From: Lingula anatina
Lineage: Eukaryota; Animalia; Brachiopoda
Assembly: GCA_051362555.1 (NCBI GenBank)
Contig: CM120646.1
Coordinates: 16,120,001-16,184,000, forward strand
Direction of reading: 5' to 3'
Length of the DNA: 64,000 nucleotides
Both the position numbers and the translations under genes were made by a program. Below are positions 50,032 through 61,600 of this stretch, in pieces. The notes under the pieces are model-generated. The model was given only the letters and a program-made list of their open reading frames with translations. It did not search any database and had not been told where the DNA came from. The number at the start of each line of letters is the position of its first letter. Position 1 is the stretch's first letter.

Positions 50032-51714
50032 GATTGAATGTCCACTCCTGTTTCACAATGAGGCCATTTAAACATATATAGATTATGAATACTTTCTACT
50101 TTCACTATATTAGACCACCTCATCATGACCTATTACCTGCTGAATTAAAATGAAAATAATTGTCTCTGAGCAAACTGAAACTGGAAATCGTGCAACTTAC
50201 CATAGACTATCATTCTTTTGCTTGCAAAAATCTGTGTCTTTTGTGTGACATAAATATAGCAGCGATAATCCCCTTCGTCTGTCTCCTTGATGTTCCGAAC
50301 ATCCAGTATCCAGGTGCTGGGCTCCTTCTTTTCGATTTGATATTTTGTTTTGTCGTAGACAGTTGTATCAAAGGAGATGGGAACTTTTGTGCCATTTTGA
50401 ATTTTCTCATAACTGACCTAAATGGGAAAAGTGAAAAGCTTGAGCTTTGCTTATCAAAAGTATTTTGCTACAAGCAGGTTGTTGACTACTTAGTAATTCT
50501 ACTTATCATTTCTTTAAAACAAAAGGAGCTTTTTAAAAAACAGAAGTTTTATGCCAAAATTACATCTACAGGTAACTTAATTACAAGTATGGCACCTCAC
50601 ATATGATACTGAATTAGATCAACAAATCTGGTTCAGAAGCAAAAGTGAAAAAGTGAAATAAATCTAATATGAACAGCCTGCAAATTACAAACTTTTCAGG
50701 GCCTGTCTTTTGAAAATTAGCAAAATATGCCACTGTCTACTATATCAAAAGTCCCACCTTACCAGAACCTTGATATGTCCAACATTTTAAAGCCATGCAA
50801 TTCGATATTGTAAATACGAAATTTCAATTTCATTTTTTTAAAGATAAAGCTGACATGAGAAAAATATCCACCACCTGTTTAACAAGAAAAGAGCTTTTCT
50901 TTTTCCTGACACCATTTTCATTTGCCATTTTTTTATATTTAAAGTACTGTAAAATTTTGTTACTTTGTAAGAAGAAAATAATTTAATGTGATTACTAGTA
51001 TTATCATTATTATTAAATTACTGATGATAATAATCACATTACATTAGTTTACCTACCGAGGACTGTTTAGGCATGTCTTCAACAGTACAATTTAGGGAGA
51101 CAACAGGCACATGGGTTATCAAAGTTTCTGGACGATTAAATGGTTCCATGAAGTTCAAATAAACCTTGGGATCAGTTTGGGCAGACACTGAAACAGATAA
51201 TAAAAATGGTTGCTATCCATACCAATAACCACCACTGAGGTACTTGTAAAAGAGAATCAGTCTACTTCTATATTTTGTACAGCGTCAAACCCCCCCCCCC
51301 CCACCCATACACACACACACTCACACACAAACGGAATAAAAGGGGATTGTAATGCACATTTAGCTGCCCCATTTAGTTTCATTGGATTTGATGTCATGGG
51401 GAATATTTAAAAGGAGGAAAATATACTGTAAAACACTGTGAAAAGGTCCATAACTATAATTTTACCCTTGTTTGCAAGAGGCACTATACAATTACTGTAA
51501 ATGCTTTGTAAAAGCAAAATATGTATGTCACATACTATTCCTTCAACCTTTTTTCGATTCCTGTCAAATACAGATAGGTCTAAAAAAAGATTCCAAAGTT
51601 GGTACCAGCCTGTAAATTAGTCATCTCAAGCATAGTGAAAAAAAACTTTCTCCTTAAATACACACCTGTCGCCAAATAAGCCAGGAATACAATCCCAACG
51701 ATATCACTGGCCAT
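47112..51714 (-). CDS. Gene C: Lachesin/IgLON-like 3-Ig GPI-anchored protein, ~367 aa, 8 coding exons
   Basis: Exons (minus) 51714-51666, 51187-51057, 50417-50201, 49666-49512, 49028-48911, 48553-48373, 47799-47657, 47221-47112 join into 1104 nt in frame. SP MASDIVGIVFLAYLATVSA. Ig motifs VSLNC..DEGDYRC, SLLC..IKW..DMGLFRC, ISILC..VVW..DYGYYTC. Tail ...GAVSGATTLSGFVSLLLLLLFWSLS*. Confidence 0.9.
47657..47799 (-). CDS. Gene C exon 7, Ig3 C-half
   Basis: DDYGYYTCSVSNNKG; tacag/gtgagt, phase 2-1. Confidence 0.92.
48373..48553 (-). CDS. Gene C exon 6, Ig3 N-half
   Basis: ISILCFILANP...VVW; tccag/gtaagt, phase 1-2. Confidence 0.9.
48911..49028 (-). CDS. Gene C exon 5, Ig2 C-half
   Basis: YIGEKLDIRSAKAEDMGLFRCEATNRVG; tacag/gtaaga. 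Confidence 0.92.
49512..49666 (-). CDS. Gene C exon 4, Ig2 N-half (ends at GC donor)
   Basis: SLLCKASGSPAPEIKWER; donor GAG|GCAAGT. Confidence 0.9.
49748..49958. mobile_element. MITE with ~55-bp inverted arms in gene C intron 3
   Basis: ATG.CCAATTAAAATTAATAAAT...GAGACATGTATCAACCCC and its reverse complement at 49902-49958. Confidence 0.7.
49964..50031. repeat. (GT)n(AT)n compound microsatellite
   Basis: Direct inspection. Confidence 0.95.
50201..50417 (-). CDS. Gene C exon 3, Ig1 C-part
   Basis: VSYEK...ISFD...KYQI...WILDVRNIKETDEGDYRC; tttag/gtaagt. Confidence 0.92.
51057..51187 (-). CDS. Gene C exon 2, Ig1 N-part
   Basis: VSAQTDPKVYLNF...VSLNCTVEDMPKQSS; tttcag/gtaggt. Confidence 0.88.
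51666..51714 (-). CDS. Gene C exon 1, signal peptide
   Basis: MASDIVGIVFLAYLAT, donor gtgtgt, phase 1. Confidence 0.8.
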
Positions 51715-52379
51715 TCTTCTTTTCTACTGCCGTCTTCAGCTCCTTGAAAAAACTCACAGCAACATACACAGATCCGTTAAAAATGCAAAACTTTGGTGTC
51801 CTTTCCTCACCTGTAGAATTTGAGACACCGGAAATAAACAGGTGTCCGTTGAGCATGCGTCAAGGTGATTCAAACTATTTCACACATTCCATTCAGTTTA
51901 GGTCAATTTAGTCGTCGAATCCATGGGACAATGGGCGTTTAATTGCATATTTCCTTCATTTCATTTTCATCAAAACAAGAAAAAAATAAATTTGAATAAA
52001 GTTGATTGGGTTTGCATTGTACATGTACTAAATTGACGGAGTTGACGCGCCCGCGTAAACAGGCATTGTACTGGTTGTAGGTAAAATTAGGAATGCAGGT
52101 GTGTTAGCCAGTATAGTGGAACGTTGCGTGGGCTGAATTATCAAATTATTCGTTCTTGCAAGACGCTTATTTTCGGATTTGAATTTCGAGTGACCCATTG
52201 CCATATTTAAGTGTGCTCATTGGCATTTTAACAACAATTACAGATATATATATTTTTTAATTTTAAAAGACATATGCATGTATTCAAGTTGAAAAAAAAA
52301 AAAAAACTGCAAAACGGTGTAGGTCTATTGAATTATATCGCAGTCTACGATATAATCCCCTGGTCTATTCAGGAGGAGC

Positions 52380-52381
<2 letters not shown>

Positions 52382-52430
<49 letters not shown>
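52382..52430. repeat. poly(T) tract
   Basis: Direct inspection. Confidence 0.9.
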
Positions 52431-52431
<1 letters not shown>

Positions 52432-55400
52432 TACAGGCAAATGTCTCTACCTCGTTATGTTGGAATAATGCGACATTAAACATTACCAGTTCTTTAATAA
52501 GACCATTATAAGTAAATTAAAAACCAAATGGTAAAGTGAATGAGAGCAATAAAAAAATGATAATTTACAAGTCGCTAACCAAGGCTAAATTCCGGAAACT
52601 GTATTGCTATCTGGCTGTTATCACGAGTTACAATTAAAAGGCTTAGGAAAAATATGTCTTTTTACAAATAGAATGATTTAGGTTATAGCCTAAGCCCTTG
52701 GTGTTTTAAGTGCATTTACAGCTTGGACGAATAATACTATCCGTCCAAGTTTTCAGGGAGCTCGTGCCAGACTTATTGCTGCACCCAGTCTATTAAATTT
52801 GCGTCCAGACAAACCCACGCCCCCCTTTTTTGTTATCTTATCATTTACTATCTATTTTTTAAAATCCTGACAGGATTCTGATTGTAATGATTTCAAAATG
52901 AAAAAAAGAGATTTTTCAATGTAAGATTTATTATTATTATTATTATTTTTTTTTTTTTTTTGTGGTTTTTCATAGTTAGATGGGTGCATATGGCCACAGT
53001 TTAATCCAAGTGAAATTCTCATTGAAGAGGTCAGTTTAGGGAAGGTTGTCTCGACAAAAATTGACATAAAAGATTTCCATAAAGGCGCATTACAAACTTG
53101 GAACTGATTTTCGATAGATTGAACGTCTGATCCAATGAATCATGAAAGGTCTTTTTCTAATAAAATCCCACAAAACATGTCTTTCCTGATAACATTTCTT
53201 ATGCAAATTGAACAAAATAACAACAATATTGTAATTTTTAAGTAATTTATTTCTTCATTTGGGAGTTCTAATGGAAAATATACTAATAACAACCTGAAGC
53301 AATTCACCTGGCCCATAGGCTGAAAAGATTTTGGGGTGATCTTGCTATGTTGATGTAAAATACAATTTTTAAAAATAATGTTATCAGTAAATGATTCTGG
53401 TTGTATTCCCTGATAGGCAATAGTCCACTCTGCCTCAACCTAGTGACATGTTACTGCTATAAAGCCTTTATGACCACCAATAAAAATTTATGACGAATAC
53501 ATTTGGAAATGCCTCAATTTGATCTTAACAAGCAGGAGGGGCATGCAGCCTTACATTCAACACATTCACAGACATTACCATTGTCAACTTGGATTTTTTT
53601 TACTTCAAAGACAATATATTTGGTAAGCCAAGCACTCCTGTTAGGTCACTGACTGTTATAAAATGCTACGATATAATTAAGCTACATAATCCAAATAGTT
53701 ACAAAGATTATGAAAATCAGCTGAGTTCTGCCATTTTTAAGTTACATAAGGTCCACTCAAACAAGAGAGCACTCTAGTACTACAAGCCATCTTTAAGCAA
53801 ACTGGTATAGAAGGGATTAATTTACCATCAGAAATTAGCTCATCATTTCGATCATAATCTAACTATGTAACAAGTCCATCTATATATGATGTATAAGTAT
53901 TTTCTGGCAAAGTAAAATTTGTTAAAAGCCCATTTTGCCATTTTTATGAGCCTTTGTTGGCTTGGTCATAAAGTAATAGTGCATATAATTACAATAGTAA
54001 AATATTAATGAGGAATATCAATCATCAAAATGACTTATGTACATATGACCACGTTATAATGATTATATTTGCCACAATGTTATCAATATCTTGCAGAAAT
54101 ATGGCAACAAAAACCTAAGAAAAAATGCTTCCCATGTTAAAACTGTAAATAGTATATCAGTGAACCTATAATATCCTGGTAAAATATACACATTATTTAC
54201 GTGAAAAAACAGGAATTGGACTCAACAAACTTCCAATTATATACAGGACATGCAAAAGATACATTTTTTTGGAAAAAAATATCTCAACCAATCTACAATG
54301 GTGAAATAACCATTTTACAAGTAATGGTCCAAGGAAAGGCATTTACAGCCAGAATAGCACCCCCCTCCCCCCCCTTCAACCACGAGTGACATGGTTCACT
54401 TAAACGGAAAAACCTTATCAGCCGAGTTGTGCACTTAGTATAAAGCAACAGTTTTTCTTCATATCTACAGCCTTCTTTGCGTTAGAAGTGCATTGCATTT
54501 TTAAAAATTAAGCTGTAAATTGTAGAAAAATTACTTCTTTAATCTTAGAACAATAAGTATACCTTGTACATCCAAGTAATGTTTATTAAAAATAACATGT
54601 CTAATTGCTAATTGTATTTTGTTAAATCTTAAAAATTAGGCCCAGGGAACGCAGTCCTCTGCAACATACACTTCATACATGCGGTACGTGTTGGAAAAAT
54701 GGTTATCATACAAATTGTCCTTTTATAATTTCTAAATAAAATAAAGTATCATGCAAAGACACCTTTCGTAAAATTCAGTACATTAGGTATCTTAGACAGT
54801 CCTGGCCACTTATGTTTATATTTTATTTTTTTTTTTGTATTTACAATGCTTATGAAATGGCTATCCTTTGTCATAAAAAAATTGTTAAGAGTAGGCCTTT
54901 TAATGTCTAGTGTTACATGACCTGGGCCTACAAGAACCTTCAATAAAAATGGCATTGGTTTGAAAAAAATATTAGAACTGATTAAGATTTATTCTACTAA
55001 CTACAAAATTGTACTGTTTGACAGTACGTGGCACAGGTAATATAACACTCCTGTTTCATTCTTTCCATTCACAACCAGTGCAAAAATACTAATTTGTAAA
55101 TTTTACAATTAATGTAGGCCTTGGACCAAAAAAAAAAAAAAAAATCTGTCACAACCTTAATGAGTGAAATTACACATATGATGGAAGAAAATAAATTTAA
55201 ATTTCTTAAGATAAGGAATCTTTAAACTGAGATAAATTAATTATCACATCATAAGCAATTTGTATATTCAGTGTTCTCAATATTCAAAAGCTAGTAAAAT
55301 GCACACAGGAATGGATACATATTTTCTCAAAATGCCCCAGAAATTTAATGCATCTAGACACAGAATTTCAAATCAACAAATATATCCAAAGATTGGTTGT

Positions 55401-56204
55401 GGTTTAAAAACAATATTGAAATTGTTGGTGTATTACAAGCCAAAAACTAATGTCTTCTATGCTCCTAAGTACATAATTTATATTTTTGTAACATACACAA
55501 TGGTTGTGTCTTGAACATCCAGTCATAAAAGTTGAAGACATAAAGTCTTTTTTTTTTTGGAGTGCTGCAATGTTAAGAAACAAACCCTCCACTATGCCTG
55601 GACAAATTACTAGCACTGATATCTATTGCAGGTCAGATCACTGACTGGGAATGATAAAACTTTTCAGTTACATTTAGTACATCTCTATTTTTTCTTTTTT
55701 AATCAAAATTGTGGTGTATATATCGCACATTTGCATCTTAATGTGAATCAGATTCACTAGTTCCACTTGCATGAAATGCCTTAAATATCATAACAATCAT
55801 ATGGCCTATAAACCATTTTTATATTAATTTTTTTATATTAATGTTTCAATTTTTAGTCCTATCAACACACACACACACAGCCAAAAGAAAAAAGGTAGGG
55901 AATGCCTTTAAATAAAAAAAAAATCAACAGTACCACCAACTTTGCCATGCTTTGATTCCATACTGCATTCAATTCAAAATAAGTCTTTCTTCAAAAATTT
56001 TAGTTTGTAACACACCACAATGACATAATTTTTTCATAATAATTTCAAGCAGAGATTAAAAAAAAAGCCCCCTGATCTTCAAGTTCATTTTACTGAACAT
56101 TCCCCTCTTCTTGCTTTTATAAACTGCCCTAGCTGGTTTCACGTCACTCCTCTCCACTCCAGCATAATTTATCTGGGAATCTCATCCTTATTTTTGATAC
56201 TTGG

Positions 56205-56341
56205 TCACTCATATCTGACAAGACAGACGGCTGCAGTCAACACCAAAATAATAGAAATGGCAGAAGGGAGATTGATTTCACATCCTGACCTGATACTTGG
56301 TCCTAAATTGGGACAGGCAGGCCCCTGACATTCATCAGATT
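56205..56341 (-). CDS. Gene B exon 8, Cys motif + GPI-like tail
   Basis: ESDECQGPACPNLGPSIRSGCEINLPSAISIILVLTAAVCLVRYE*. Confidence 0.88.
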
Positions 56342-56414
56342 CTGAAATCAATGATTTAAAGAAGTCACATATCTGCCCAGCTCTATCTCTGGAATCGCAT
56401 ATCATTCCATTATT

Positions 56415-56462
<48 letters not shown>

Positions 56463-58609
56463 TTTCCCTTTATGTCTGTGCCAAGACAATATCTACTTCC
56501 TGAATTTTAACATAATTATATCGAAATATTTAAGTATAACAGGCACTTCGATTCATAACAAAGTATTCTTGAAATTAACCATCATGATAACAATTTGTTT
56601 TACAATACTCACAACTAGATATACAAATGGACCATTTCATTGTAAAAAAAATTATTGTTATTAAAATGTTGTGAGTCATTCATGGATAAGTGTGCATTCA
56701 TAAAAATCAAAGCCTATTCGTTTAATACTTACCCAAAAGCATCACCGTGCTTGTTGTGCGGCCATATTTGTTGTAACCCTCACATTCGTACCGTCCATAA
56801 TCGGTACTTTCGACATCAAATATTCTAAGATATAAAAATGAATCTGATACATCCATATTAGGATAACCATGACCAGACACAACCTCGATACTGTAGTCAT
56901 TATCTGTATGCAATTTTTGGCGATAGCCGTCAGCCGACACTCTGTACCAGGCAAATTCTGGTAATGGCTCACCTGAAAAATTTGATCAAATATTTTTTGA
57001 AGAAAACTTAGAAGTTGATTCCCAGTCCAAAAACATAGAATTGAGGAAGTCACAAAGAGACTTTTTTTATTAGCAAGCCCCATGAAAATATGTTGTTTGG
57101 TGGTAACATAAAAATATATTGTTTGGTGGTCAATGTCAATGAGAATCAAACCCATCACCTTACAAGTTAAAAAGCCCAAATTTCATGTAAGAGAGTCATC
57201 TAAAAAGAGAGACAGTCCTTGACACAGCCTATAAACTATCTTCTGAACACCCATAAGTTTATGTGAAAAGGCCTTTAGTAATGCCACATCTACCACAATA
57301 AGCTACCAAAGAAAAAGAACATCAGTGCAGCTATTTTCATCATATTGAATATACAACTTGAAATGTACACCAACAATCTTTAATAGTACTTATTAAATAT
57401 CTTACAATCCACAAACAATCCATATCATCACTTGCTAACTTTTTACCTGAGATTATACACTCCAGTGTAACTTCAAATGAACCTGGGGCTTGGTACCTCT
57501 CTTTAAATGATGCCTTTCCAGTTGGCTTAAAGGCCACTACTAATTTAACCGTAGCTTCGGCTGGTTGATTGACATCATTATTAGCAGTGCACCTGTATGA
57601 GCCTCCAGCATCCCTCGTTACATTTCGCAGGGAAAGTGTGGTATTCTAGATGGATAAAACGTTGTATGTAGAAGTTATACAATAACATATTTACAGTCAG
57701 TTCTGCATTTTGGGTACATATTGCTGGACTAGGTTGCTGTTTCTTAAAAATCTACCAGAATAATTGACTTTTCAATTAAACAATTCATTTTCAAGTCTCA
57801 AAATCTATTGAACAGTTCAACGGTACTATAATATATGGGTTTTACCCACCACATAAATTCCTTCAGAAGAAAGTGATTTTCTACTACCCACAACTCATTG
57901 CTAGACCCATTCTTGCACTTAGAATCTATATTCTATTCCAACTGTAATTTAATGATTTACTTCTAGATAATTGATTGGCCACGTCTCCCTCTCCCTTTCA
58001 TAAGGAACTATCAATGAAAGATACTTCCTAAAAAGTTATATTTGAGGGGATTTACAATTTTTAGTCTAAATTGGAAATGGTGGGTAGCTAAGCAGTATAT
58101 GTATAGACATAGAATACATTGCTATATAATATGAAAATGTAGAAAATATGACTCCATATGAAAATTTCAAACACGTAAAATGAAAATTTAATTTAGACTT
58201 ACACTGAGGGAGTAAACCTCCCCAGGGAGCGGCAGTGGGCTCCCATTAAGCCTAGTCCATGTGACCACTGGGGTGGGGGTCCCAGCAGCGGTACAGGTCA
58301 AATTAACATCCTTACCCCTCTCTACCTCCACTGATGCTGGAGCATGAATGATATATGGTCTAACTAGAAAAAGAGAACAGATACAAAAGATAAAATCAAC
58401 AAGTAAAATTAAAATTTCTGTGCACTAATTTCCAGCTCTTGGTCACATTTTTTTGGGGGGGGGGATAGCCTGAAAGAATTAATGAGGTGCAATTTTCCTT
58501 CACAATTCAAACAAATATATTGGTCATTTACTTAATGCACAGTCACATTTTTGCCACAATAAAGTATAAAATTGAATTTTCCTTAAAGACTTGCAAACTG
58601 TGACTTCGG

Positions 58610-58691
<82 letters not shown>

Positions 58692-61600
58692 AATCCCTGC
58701 TGTTTTACACTTTGAAATGCAAAGTTAAGGTCATAAAATTATGGCTACCATCTGTAGATTACGATAATAATCTATCATGAAAACTGTAAGGTGAGTGTTT
58801 TGAAACAAATTGGATATTTAAAATTATGCACCCAGTTTTATCTTGATAATAATTCACAAAATCATAATGCTGCTACAGGCCATTATTTAGGCATCCCAAA
58901 ACAAGGCCCTGAACAAGAGGCAGTTATACTAAACCTTATATTGGAAGTATAAAATACTGTCAAACACAGTCTTATCTTTTTACAATACATACTCCAAGGA
59001 TATTTGAAATATATACCATAGCAGCACAGCAAACAAATGAATGACTCAGATTAGATAAGACATATGTAAATAAGCTGAGCTGAGTGCTACTTAAACATAC
59101 CATGGCTGGCTGACCCGCTAGTTCTGGATATTATAAAGGGAGAGCAAAACATTTTATGACCCCCCCCCCCTCCAAGCAAATGAGACAATTTCAAAAAAAA
59201 ATTAGTGCCATTTAGAGCAATTAAAACCTATGAAAAAGCATAATTTGAATCTTCTCTCTGTCTTTGTGCAATTCTGTGGGCTGGTGCCAAAATCACCAAA
59301 TAGGGAGGGAGATGGGTAAGGTTAACCTTTGATTAATGAGCACAAAACCACCCATTCCATACTTTACAAATAAGCATAAATCCACCCACCCTAAACTTAA
59401 AAAAAATTTTTTTTTGCATAATTCCAAAAGAAAACAAGTCCAATTTGATAAAAGAACTAATTAAATATCTCACACACCAAGATTAAGATTTTCACAGTAT
59501 ATACATACAGTGGAATGGGTATAGCATGGGTATTAGCAACAAGCCGAAACTTTACAAATAGCTTACCAGGGATGGTTAGGAGCCCAACCTTGCACGGGTA
59601 CAAGCTGGGGTTAGTTCCTTGAATGGTCACCTTGCAGATATACTGGCCACTGTCGGACTGTTCAAGCTGATTGATGACCAGAGTGGATAAGGTATTCTGA
59701 TTTTCCGGATCAGTTGTTATCTCAATCTCATACTGAAAGTGAAAGTGGGTCACCAATTATTTCTTACGCTATGTTTAGAATAGGATAGATTAAAGGGATA
59801 ATAACTCTTCGTATTAGACCTATATTTCACAATAAAACGTTGTGAATAACCATAGAAATATAATATTTTGTTTTACAACAAAAAACAGCAGTGATAGCTT
59901 TTATTCTGATATCTGCGCTTGTCTTCAGATCACGTGACCTCCATTGATGGCTATACTCTGTTATAATCTGTGAAGAGATTTTATCAAAAAACCAAACTTT
60001 TTAGAAAAAAAACAAGGACTAACTTTGAATGTAAAAATGGATTCATTAACCATTGGTAAGTATGGGAAAATTGTTTTTTACTCCAGGAAAATTCATTTTT
60101 TGGCCAGAACGAAGAGTTATTATCCCTTTAATATCACCCAATGGATGGAGCCACCAGCCACTTAAATGCATTCAATTGGGGAAAGAACCCACTCCAATTT
60201 TTTTTTAACAACAGAAGTCACATATTTCATAAAAGAAACAAGAAAAAATGCCTTGGATAGTGTTTTGAATGAAAGAGTTGGAATGAATGAGGTAAAATTG
60301 GTGTGTCTGAAAAAAGGTAAACGTACTGTAACCATAAAGGTGCACCATTTATTTTTAAAGACTACATCTATACTCACCCTTTGTTCTTCATGATCAAAAA
60401 TAACCTCTTGGTCCCCAGCGTAGAGATGTCGATCTTCATGATACCAGTGAATCTAAAATAATACAACATATTTCATGCTCTTTATACAGGGTCCTCTTTA
60501 TAAAACTTTCTGAAATTCATAAATCAGTCCTTGGTTAAAGACAGAAACATAAATTTGGTTCTATTTCGGTCCTGGATAAATGTGTAGTACTAGTAGTCTA
60601 CTTGATTTATATATCTGGCTATATGACAAACTAACTTGCCAAATCTCACATTTGGTGAATCAGACCCAGCAAGCTTTCTTTTACTGGACTTCTACTGGTT
60701 AACCTCAAGTAAAATTGAAAGTTAAAAAAGAAAACCATTACTTTTGATGGAAATATAAGAAATAAAAATCAGAAATATTCAGTTCATATTTGTCCATGCA
60801 GAATATATTATGAATAATTTACACCTTACATTATGGACAAGCCAATTTTTTTTGAGAAATGCCAAAAATAAAAAAAGAAACACATAGGGAGGAAAAAAGG
60901 GAGCATTTGGATAATTCCATCATACTAGCTGGATCAATCCAATTCTACAAGAGATTCCCCCAGAGAGCAATCACTGTAATGGTCATATCTGATATACACC
61001 TAGAGCTGGTAGGGGATATATAAGCCAAAAAAGCTAATTACCCCTTAGCTGCTAGTCAGACAATTAAGCTGATTACACTGCATGCAATTTAGTGAGAATT
61101 AATCCCCTGCAGAGTTGGGTCGATTCATCTCATATGATGGGTTTAACTGAACGCTCCCTACGCAATACTTACAACATTACTTTGAAGCTGGCTTACAACA
61201 CACGTAAGTCTGGCTGTGCCAGCAATGGCCACAACTTCTGGAATGATTTCTTGGGTGATTTTAGTTTGTGACCCAGACTGGCCACTGTTACTCCCACATC
61301 CTGCTACAGAAAAAAAAAGAGATCATTTTATTAATTGCCCACTTGTGCGCGCACGTTTCATATGTAAACATCTGGTCTTGACTGCGATTCGGAGTTCACT
61401 CCTATTTAACCCAGCTCCCAATTTGGGTTTATTTCGACCCCAGTCAGGGGTAAGTCGTCCGTTCACATTAGAAAAGTTAACAGTGATAGGACTGAGGTCA
61501 GGCCTTGACTGCGGTCCAAAGTGCTAGTGTGAATAGCCTATGTGTGAGTTTTTTTGTTTGACCAAGTTTTAGTTTGAAGTTAAGGCAAGTGCCATGGAAG

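Noticed and set aside
50160-50606. Longest ORFs in the track (50160-50606 +, 56742-57179 -)
   Set aside because: Antisense or off-frame shadows of real exons of genes C and B.
51743-51856. Upstream ATG exon (MLNGHLFISGVSNST) spliced into gene C as an overlapping uORF
   Set aside because: It needs a 68-nt intron with a weak AAG acceptor and is out of frame with the signal peptide; unsupported without transcripts.
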